From NCBI GenBank assembly GCA_047617745.1, contig JBLGBN010000001.1, positions 32,001-96,000 on the forward strand: a stretch of DNA of 64,000 bases, written 5' to 3'. The notes beneath the pieces are model-generated. The model had not been told where the DNA came from and did no database searches. It was given only the letters and a program-made list of their open reading frames with translations. Made by a program: the position numbers and the translations under genes. Below are positions 35,984-43,559 of the stretch, in pieces; position 1 is the stretch's first letter; each line of letters starts with the position of its first letter. This DNA is from Candidatus Nanohaloarchaea archaeon (GTDB taxonomy: Archaea; Nanohalarchaeota; Nanosalinia; Nanosalinales; Nanosalinaceae).

Positions 35984-38848
35984 TTAAGGCGAGTTATGCC
36001 AGCCTTTCTCTACACATTTCTGGTAGTTATCTGATCCTTTGATTATCTCATTTACAATGCGTTCCGCTTCATCCAAACTCTCAAGCGCTGCTTCCTTGTC
36101 TTTGAGGTGGTCTTCAGACTCCTTAAATGCTTCCTGGACCTCAGCAAGGGCTTTCTCAATCTCCATCAACACATCTTCTACTTCCTCCACCTTTGTCTCA
36201 AGAGTTGAAGCAGAACCAACCCCGTTAATATTCCTAACTATTTTTTCTACCTTCTGATGTACTTGTGCATGAGATTCCTTCTCGACATCTACTTCCCTAA
36301 AGTAGATTATAGCCCTAAATACCGATTCCATCTCTAAAAGCTCTTTTAAGGCCTCTTTTAGTCTTTTCGCAGCCTCTCTATGTTTTTCCAGTATATCCTG
36401 ATCTATTTTGTCTCCTTCTCTCAGTTGTTCAATCAACTCTCTAATATCCTCTTCAAGTGAGCCGGGATCAAGCGTTGGTTCGAAGTCAGGCCCTGCAGAG
36501 CCACCCACCTGTATCCTCGCAACTCTATCCTCCTGCTGGCCATTTTGGGTAGTTACTGTAACATTTAAGGAATACTGTTCACCTCGTTCCAGTCTAAACT
36601 CTCCCTGTGCATCAGCCAATGTAATCCCTTCACCATTATAGCCGTAGCTTGATCCGTTAACACCTATCCTTTTCTGCCTGTTCTGATCGAGTTTTCCTCC
36701 TGAAAGCCCCACCATTATCTCCTGGAGATCCATTCCATTACAGGAAACTCGTGGATTAACCTCTATCTGATCCGATCTTATACCGGCGGGAGCTTCGTAA
36801 ACAAACCCTCCATTATCAAGCTGGTTTTCAGGTAGTGGATCTCCTGTCTGGAGATTAAACAAGTATATATTCTCTACATTAATCTGGGTGTTTTCGCCCC
36901 CACCCTCTATATCTCCTTTTTCTATCTCTTTTATCAGGAATATTATTTCTCTAATTACTTTTTCGCTTATCGCTGTTTCCTCTCCGTTTACTATGATATT
37001 GTTCACTATCTGGGCAACCAGTGTTTGCATTATGTTCTCTGGAACCTGATTTATCAACTTGGCAAACCGTATTAGTGTGTTATAGTGGATCTTGAGATCT
37101 CCAAAGTCCTGAATATTGATAGTTACTTCATCTCCTTCTACTCTGAAATCTCCGTTATGCACTGCTACAAGGAACTCCGTTATCTGTAATGCGAACTGCT
37201 CGTAACTTTCCTGCTGTAGGTTATTCTCTACATAGTTTACAAATACCTGCTCTAGTTCTTCCACATGTCTATGGTTGATCTCCTGCTCAAGAGTCTGCTC
37301 TATGGTTAGATCGCCCTGGCTCTCCTCTATATCTATATCAATTATTTGCTGGATCAGCTGCTGGTTTAACCCCCGATCTCCCTCAATTATGAGCAGGGAT
37401 ATAATTGACAGGAGTTTTTCCTGATCTGGCTCTGTTTGGCCCAGTATCTTTATCAGCTGCCTTATGACATCTATGTCGATATCTACATCGTTTCCGTTCT
37501 GACCTGGAATCATGACGTTATTGTTGCCTATCTGGACGTTCCCTTCCAGCAGATGTGCGAACTGCATCATGGCAGGGGTCATCATCTGCTGCTGCATCTG
37601 CATCTGGTTCATCATATTGTGCCACATCATCATCTGCTGCTGCATCTGCTGATTGTTTATATTGATATCCGGAGAATCTCCTCCCTGTCCTCCAAACAGA
37701 GCTGCAAAGAGCTGCTGTTGGTTGCCTCCCGGACCTCCGCCAGAACCTGAGCTGCCATTTCCTACAGTGAAGGTGGCGGTTTCTTGATTAACTTCTCCAT
37801 TATTGTCTGCTAAATCAGCAATAACATCATAAGTTCCATCAGATATACTTGGATTAGATCCTCCTAATATATCCGAATTCAAGTTATATACCTCAGAGTG
37901 ACTATCTGCTCCACCGAGATTAAACGTTTGGCTGCCAAATGCCGGCACTTTTATCTCAAGTATGTCTAAACCAGAACTAGAGTTATCACTACAGCTAACG
38001 TGAATATCTATATCATTCGCGGAAGCACCGCTTCCGGCATCCGATGCTCTAAGAGTGGTAATTGAGGGAGGTGTGCTCCCGCCTCCTCCACCATTAACAT
38101 CTAAATGACCTGAATCTCCATTTGTGTTACCATCGTTATCTTCCGCTACAACCCTGTAAGAGTAAGAACCTGCCGGTATAGGGCTTGAACCTCCTCTGAT
38201 ATTAGTTATAGGGATAGAAGCACTATCAGATGGACCGTTCAAACTATGATCCATTGAGTATGAGTCAAATTCTATCCGAGCCTTATCCAGACCGCTGCCA
38301 GAATTATCACTGACAGATATCTGCATCTCGATGTCATCAGAAGACATTCCAGGAGAGGGATTCGAAGGATTAAAACCTACACTTATAGATGGCGGATTGC
38401 TAGAATTCCCGCCTCCACCACCTCCTCCCAAGTTAAATCCTGACCACCAGCGGTATATAGCGTAAGCCAGTCCGGCGAGGCCTGCCATTGCCAGTAGGAA
38501 CGCGAATATTCCTAGAGGGTAGAATCTCAGGATCAGGAAGGAAAGGACAGCGGAAAGCATAATTGCGGATTTCTTTGGAACTGTGCTGGCTCCTGAAGGC
38601 ATGTTGCCTGCCGCCCAGTTAAACGCTCCCAGAAGTACGAAGTATAGTATGGCTAAAATACCTATAAACGGTAGAAAAACATTGTAGAAGAAACTGCCGG
38701 AATCGTTAACATCGGAGTAAGGGAAGAGTTCGTCAAGCCATTCGTAACCTGCAGAACCTGCTCCGCCGGCCCCCTGGGCGCCTGCAACCTGAAAGAAAAT
38801 TAGCGTCAGAAGAACGATGGCTATAATCCGGTTTTTCCAGGAACCCAT
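35984..38848 (-). CDS. 954-aa membrane-anchored multidomain protein (signal peptide, 3 TM, Ig-like repeats, Q/M-rich tract, C-terminal helical domain)
   Basis: VFLPFIGILAILYFVL TM; duplicated PPSI...SDNS.SGLD...G.Y...DN.G..N units; QQMQQQMMM tract. Confidence 0.85.
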   Translation of the reverse strand: MGSWKNRIIAIVLLTLIFFQVAGAQGAGGAGSAGYEWLDELFPYSDVNDSGSFFYNVFLPFIGILAILYFVLLGAFNWAAGNMPSGASTVPKKSAIMLSAVLSFLILRFYPLGIFAFLLAMAGLAGLAYAIYRWWSGFNLGGGGGGGNSSNPPSISVGFNPSNPSPGMSSDDIEMQISVSDNSGSGLDKARIEFDSYSMDHSLNGPSDSASIPITNIRGGSSPIPAGSYSYRVVAEDNDGNTNGDSGHLDVNGGGGGSTPPSITTLRASDAGSGASANDIDIHVSCSDNSSSGLDILEIKVPAFGSQTFNLGGADSHSEVYNLNSDILGGSNPSISDGTYDVIADLADNNGEVNQETATFTVGNGSSGSGGGPGGNQQQLFAALFGGQGGDSPDININNQQMQQQMMMWHNMMNQMQMQQQMMTPAMMQFAHLLEGNVQIGNNNVMIPGQNGNDVDIDIDVIRQLIKILGQTEPDQEKLLSIISLLIIEGDRGLNQQLIQQIIDIDIEESQGDLTIEQTLEQEINHRHVEELEQVFVNYVENNLQQESYEQFALQITEFLVAVHNGDFRVEGDEVTINIQDFGDLKIHYNTLIRFAKLINQVPENIMQTLVAQIVNNIIVNGEETAISEKVIREIIFLIKEIEKGDIEGGGENTQINVENIYLFNLQTGDPLPENQLDNGGFVYEAPAGIRSDQIEVNPRVSCNGMDLQEIMVGLSGGKLDQNRQKRIGVNGSSYGYNGEGITLADAQGEFRLERGEQYSLNVTVTTQNGQQEDRVARIQVGGSAGPDFEPTLDPGSLEEDIRELIEQLREGDKIDQDILEKHREAAKRLKEALKELLEMESVFRAIIYFREVDVEKESHAQVHQKVEKIVRNINGVGSASTLETKVEEVEDVLMEIEKALAEVQEAFKESEDHLKDKEAALESLDEAERIVNEIIKGSDNYQKCVEKGWHNSP
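37580..37649. repeat. 22-bp direct repeat within a Gln/Met low-complexity tract
   Basis: CATCATCTGCTGCTGCATCTGC at 37580-37601 and 37628-37649. Confidence 0.85.
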
Positions 38849-38873
38849 ATAGTGACTTTGATGTAGCTAATTT

Positions 38874-39116
38874 TTAATTTGTTCCCTCGTTAAAGTACCC
38901 TAGCCGCTCCAGAGTCTCGATTATTCCCCAGGCGTAGATAACGGATTCCCATGCCCGGATATAATCTTCTTCCTCAAGAAAATGTTTGGTATCATCCCGG
39001 TAAGCGAGAACGTTCTCCATCTGTTCAACTGATTCATCCCTTTCATCTATCCGGTTATTTAGCTTTTCCAGCCATTTCTCTGTCTCTTCTTTCAGCTTTT
39101 GCTGTGTTTCGTTCAT
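38874..39116 (-). CDS. DUF357 family protein
   Basis: AYRDDTKHFLEEEDYIRAWESVIYAWG; coupled to dph5. Confidence 0.88.
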   Translation of the reverse strand: MNETQQKLKEETEKWLEKLNNRIDERDESVEQMENVLAYRDDTKHFLEEEDYIRAWESVIYAWGIIETLERLGYFNEGTN

Positions 39117-39820
39117 TCCTGGTGCGCCTCGAGAAATTCTTCTTCCTTGTGAGATTTATCTCCGGTTAAAATAATTGAATGTGGAGGTTCGCCGAATTCG
39201 TGGTCGGCGGCTTCTCTCAAATTCATGACGGTTATCTCCTGATCGTCATGGTTGGCTCTCTCCAGAATTACCGCCTCTCTTTCCGCCAGGCCCTCATCTA
39301 TTTTGATTAATTTATCCGCTGCCTTGTCCGCAGGGTAGTCTATATCAAGGAGTATCAAACTGTGGAGGCCTATCGAGCTGTTCTTATCGATGTACTGTGT
39401 AACTGATTCCGGCGCTGAATCTCTCGGCAGGGTAACTGTTCTTCCGAACTTGTATACATTAAGCCCGGTTTCAGCTATCGAGACAAAGATGGACGGTGCG
39501 TGAATAACCTTCGTCTCTATCCCCTTCTTTTCTGCTCTATGCTTGATATCGTAATGTGTAGTCGCGGTCAGTGAATCTCCTGAAACCAGAAAAGCGGTCT
39601 CCTCCTTCTCCGCAGCTTCCAGAACCCTATCTTCCTGTTCAACATCCTCTCTGTCAAGCTTCTGGATTTCAGTGCCGGTCTGATCTTCAAGTCCCGCTAG
39701 GTCAATATTCTCTGTGTTGGTGTAGAACTCGGCGAACGCCCTATCTACTTTCTTCAGAGCCTCTAACCCTTTCTGTGTGATCTCTCCATCATCCAGCCCT
39801 AGACCGATTAAGTATAGCAT
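39113..39820 (-). CDS. dph5: Diphthine synthase
   Basis: MLYLIGLGL, EFYTN, GDSLTATTH, GLNVYKFGRTVTL, GLHSLILLD, PPHSII. Confidence 0.96.
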   Translation of the reverse strand: MLYLIGLGLDDGEITQKGLEALKKVDRAFAEFYTNTENIDLAGLEDQTGTEIQKLDREDVEQEDRVLEAAEKEETAFLVSGDSLTATTHYDIKHRAEKKGIETKVIHAPSIFVSIAETGLNVYKFGRTVTLPRDSAPESVTQYIDKNSSIGLHSLILLDIDYPADKAADKLIKIDEGLAEREAVILERANHDDQEITVMNLREAADHEFGEPPHSIILTGDKSHKEEEFLEAHQE

Positions 39821-39855
39821 ACAGTTAAAATGTCTAGAGCAAACTTTAACTAATC

Positions 39856-40881
39856 ATGGAGCAGGAAAAACTGGAGCAAAAAGTCAGGGAGCTATTTGAG
39901 AGACAGGGATTTGATCTTGAGGAAACTAGAAGAGGCTTTACAGCAGAAAAAGATAACCACAAACTTGACTTGAAAATCTTCTCCTCAGAAGAATACAGTC
40001 TTGCCGATCTGGAAAAATACGTATCAGAGGATGACAGTGTTTTTGTGGATGAAACGCTCTCCGCAGCGAAGGACACTTTGGACGAAGAAGTCTCTGTACT
40101 GACGGAAGAAGAGGAAGATCCAGAGTTCGAAACACCTTCATATGAAGTCATCGGCGATATAGCCGTGATAAGCGAGCTCGCAGGAATTGACCGTGAGGAA
40201 GCAGTAGACGGAATACTGCACCATCAGAACGTGAAAACAATACTGCTGAAGAAAGGTGGATTGGAAGGAGAGTTTAGAGTTGGGAACTACGAGAAACTGT
40301 ATGGTGAGGAAACGGAGACAGTCCACAAAGAGTTTGGACGCGAGTTCCGTGTCGATCCAACAAAGGTCTATTTTTCTGAAAGATTCTCGACTGAGAGAAA
40401 GAGAGTAGTGGGTCAGATAGAGGATGGAGAGAAAGTTCTAGTAATGTTTGCCGGGATCGGCCCATTCGCTATACTTTCTGCCAAGCTGGCAAATCCCGAA
40501 AAAGTTGTAGCGGTAGAGAAAAACCCGGAAGCTGCGGAATACCTGGAAGAGAACATTTTGATCAACGATGTAGAAGACACAGTTGAGGCGGTAGAGGGCG
40601 ATGTAAGGGATGTTTTGGCAGAAATGGAGGAAAAGTTCGACCGAGTTGTAATGCCTCTGCCGGAGTCGGCGGACGAATTTCTGGAACTTGCCGCCGAACA
40701 CACAGAGTATAACGGCGTTATACATTATTATCGGTTCCTAGAAGAAGACAACTGGCAAGATCTAGAACAGGAAGTTGACCAGCACATAAAGAATTACAAG
40801 ATTCTTAACCGGGTTGAATGCGGCGAGAGAGGCCCTTCGGTCAAGAGAGTTTGTCTGGATATCAAAGTTCTGAACGAGTAG
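39856..40881 (+). CDS. trm5: tRNA m1G37 methyltransferase, Trm5/Met-10+ family
   Basis: SYEVIGDIA, GEFRV, TVHKE, KVYFSER, MFAGIGPF, EKNPEA, DRVVMPLP. Confidence 0.9.
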   Translation: MEQEKLEQKVRELFERQGFDLEETRRGFTAEKDNHKLDLKIFSSEEYSLADLEKYVSEDDSVFVDETLSAAKDTLDEEVSVLTEEEEDPEFETPSYEVIGDIAVISELAGIDREEAVDGILHHQNVKTILLKKGGLEGEFRVGNYEKLYGEETETVHKEFGREFRVDPTKVYFSERFSTERKRVVGQIEDGEKVLVMFAGIGPFAILSAKLANPEKVVAVEKNPEAAEYLEENILINDVEDTVEAVEGDVRDVLAEMEEKFDRVVMPLPESADEFLELAAEHTEYNGVIHYYRFLEEDNWQDLEQEVDQHIKNYKILNRVECGERGPSVKRVCLDIKVLNE

Positions 40882-40946
40882 AGAATCAACTGATTTTTAA
40901 CACTTACTGCTTAATGTGTTACTGCTCGATTACAAAAGTGGTTATT

Positions 40947-41615
40947 ATGGACGAAAAAGACGACAAAAGCACACTGGGCGCAATAGCAGGCTACCAGATC
41001 GGAAATATGTTAAGCGTAGCTCCAGGACCCCTAACCGGCGTAAAAATATTAGTCGACCATCTTGCGAAAGATAGATCAACAGATTACACAGGTACAGACA
41101 TTCCTGTCGATGAAAATGATACTACTTCATTTCAAAATCAAAAAAACACATCAGCAAAAGGAGGTGACAATGAAATGACCGAAGTAGGACCAGACCGAGG
41201 AGATATCCGAGAGCTTTCAGGCAAGGCTAGACACGACTATGCCACAAAACAGCTCCTTGAACAGGATCTCGCAGAGACCGAAGCAGAAGCAGAAGAGTAC
41301 GCGGAAGTCCTGGTTGAATTAGCAGACGCAACATCCTCTTATGAGGAAGATCTAGAACAGATGGGCGAAGATTTCCAGCAGGTAGTTGACGATATGGTAA
41401 CTTACCTAGACGGAAACCAGGATCAGCTCGAGAACATGAGAGACAAGGTAGAAGGAATAGAGAGAACTCTAGAAGGAGCTGTAAGGACCGCATACGAAGT
41501 AGAAGGAGTAGACGTAGACACAGAGGATTTCGAGTATGATCTCGGACCAATAGGAAGACAGCACCTTAACAGCCTTCACAACTTTGTAGAGAGTGTTTAC
41601 GGAGAGGACAATTAA
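40947..41615 (+). CDS. Hypothetical helical protein; strong internal start at 41175
   Basis: ATG at 40947 is in frame with GGAGGTGA-N7-ATG at 41175. Confidence 0.7.
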   Translation: MDEKDDKSTLGAIAGYQIGNMLSVAPGPLTGVKILVDHLAKDRSTDYTGTDIPVDENDTTSFQNQKNTSAKGGDNEMTEVGPDRGDIRELSGKARHDYATKQLLEQDLAETEAEAEEYAEVLVELADATSSYEEDLEQMGEDFQQVVDDMVTYLDGNQDQLENMRDKVEGIERTLEGAVRTAYEVEGVDVDTEDFEYDLGPIGRQHLNSLHNFVESVYGEDN

Positions 41616-41665
41616 CTCTCTACAAAACAATTTCTTTTTTAATTGTTATTCTTCAATAACAACAC

Positions 41666-42334
41666 ATGGTTGATGATGAAGATGCCCGCGAACTAGAGCG
41701 GGAAACCAAAAAACACTACAGGACGACCCAGGAACTCGGCACTGAGATAGAAGAGCTTGAGGAGAGGTCCGACGACATTCACACTATGGTTGTTGAGAGA
41801 AATTCATACATCAACCAGATTTCTAACGCAATATCCGACACAATAACATACCTCAAAGGCAACAGAAAGGAGTTAGAGAGCGACAAAGAGGCGGTAGAGA
41901 ACTCTAACGAAAAACTGGAAGAGGTTCAGGAAGAGTTATCCCGAAGAAATTTTAGTAAATTAGCAGGATATGGGTTAGCAGCTTTAGGGACAGGAGCAGC
42001 GTTAACTGGAGGCGCATTCGCATATGATGAAGTAACTGGAGACCCGCAGGCGTTAAACCCAGAAGATTATGACACATATATAGATAGTGAGGAAACTCTC
42101 GAAGATCTGGCAATGTCGTACCAGAACTCAGATACAGAAAGCCTAAATTCTATAGGAGACAGGCTGGAACAGGAAATAGACCAGAATTCCGAAATTAATC
42201 TGGGGTTTAAATCCGGTTTTGCCGACGATTTTGTTGATGTTAACGCAGGTAGGGATCTAGTAAAGCGGTATGAACTTGGTCAGGCGGCTTATGAACAGGC
42301 GGTCGACGAAACTCTAGATGTTACGCAGCAGTAA
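41666..42334 (+). CDS. Coiled-coil protein with internal twin-arginine signal/anchor
   Basis: About 90-aa coiled coil, then SRRNFSKLAGYGLAALGTGAALTGGAFA. Confidence 0.75.
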   Translation: MVDDEDARELERETKKHYRTTQELGTEIEELEERSDDIHTMVVERNSYINQISNAISDTITYLKGNRKELESDKEAVENSNEKLEEVQEELSRRNFSKLAGYGLAALGTGAALTGGAFAYDEVTGDPQALNPEDYDTYIDSEETLEDLAMSYQNSDTESLNSIGDRLEQEIDQNSEINLGFKSGFADDFVDVNAGRDLVKRYELGQAAYEQAVDETLDVTQQ

Positions 42335-42386
42335 CAAAAAGTATTTAAATCCCTGACACTATTATCAACTTATTGGTGACTATTCA

Positions 42387-43481
42387 ATGGTAACACGAAG
42401 ACAATTCTTAGGAGGCAGTGGCGCAGTAGCCGCTGCAGCAGCAACAGGAGGCACAGCCTGGTGGGGACTCAGTGGAAAAGAGTTCATCGCAGGAACAGAC
42501 GAAGAAGAGCTAGAAGGACAGGCAGGCGCCTTCAGAGGAAATATTGAAAATCTTGATAAAGAGCTAGATAACGCATTCAAAGACGTCAGCGTTTCAACCA
42601 ACACAGAAGATTACGAAGGTAGAGGAGAAGAACTTATTGAAGGCAAGTTCAACGCGGCAATTCCCGCCGACCCTCAATCATTCAATATCCCAAGAGAAGT
42701 CGATGAAGAGTCAGTAATGTACACATGGCAGGAAGGAACAGGCCCTGTTGGCCTGGATGAAACCTGGGAGTCAATTAAATCCCAGATCGGTCTGGGCAGC
42801 CAGGATGAAGGTATTCTGGAAGATGTGAAGGAAGAATTCGGAAACGTTGTTCTCTACACAGCTACAACCGAAGATCATCAGCCAGATTATACAGACGACG
42901 ATATAGATGATCTCGAAGACCTGCACGAAGATCTTGAGGACGAATTTGATGAAGTAGTAGGATACCTGAACGATCTTGCCAACGAAATAACAAACGTAAG
43001 AGCGCTCAACAATGAGCTTGAAGCGGCAGAATACCAGAAATCGCACAAGCTTCCTCTCGTAGGAGAAGTCTGGGGAGAAAGTTACAACGGCGATCAGATA
43101 ACCAAGGACGAGGTAGAAGCACTTCAGAAAGGTGAAGATCAGTATGATGGAATCGGCCTTGAGGAAAGTCTCGACATGGCTCAGGAAGAGTACAGGGATG
43201 CAGCTAAACAGGCAGCAAGAGTAGGAATTGTCAAGGAACTGGTAGGTCAGACTGTAGCCGATGCCAAAGATCAGCTAGAGACCTACGGAGAACCGGACGA
43301 TCCAGAAAAACCTTCGGAACCTTCCTGCACCTACGATGATTTCTCGGAGTCGGACAGAGACGCACTGGCAGATGAAGGTTATACCCAGGAAGATGTAGAG
43401 GACGTAATAGAGAAAGATAACGGGTATGTCAAAGCCGTCTTTGAAGACGGCCGAGAATACATAGCTGAGACTTCCTGCTAG
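42387..43481 (+). CDS. Helical protein with N-terminal twin-arginine signal
   Basis: MVTRRQFLGGSGAVAAAAATGGTAWWG; TATTTAAA box upstream. Confidence 0.8.
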   Translation: MVTRRQFLGGSGAVAAAAATGGTAWWGLSGKEFIAGTDEEELEGQAGAFRGNIENLDKELDNAFKDVSVSTNTEDYEGRGEELIEGKFNAAIPADPQSFNIPREVDEESVMYTWQEGTGPVGLDETWESIKSQIGLGSQDEGILEDVKEEFGNVVLYTATTEDHQPDYTDDDIDDLEDLHEDLEDEFDEVVGYLNDLANEITNVRALNNELEAAEYQKSHKLPLVGEVWGESYNGDQITKDEVEALQKGEDQYDGIGLEESLDMAQEEYRDAAKQAARVGIVKELVGQTVADAKDQLETYGEPDDPEKPSEPSCTYDDFSESDRDALADEGYTQEDVEDVIEKDNGYVKAVFEDGREYIAETSC

Positions 43482-43559
43482 GGAGTCCAGCTCTTCTCTT
43501 TCATTTAATCTTCAGCCCGAACCAAAACTAATATAAATATACTACGATAAGGTAACAAC

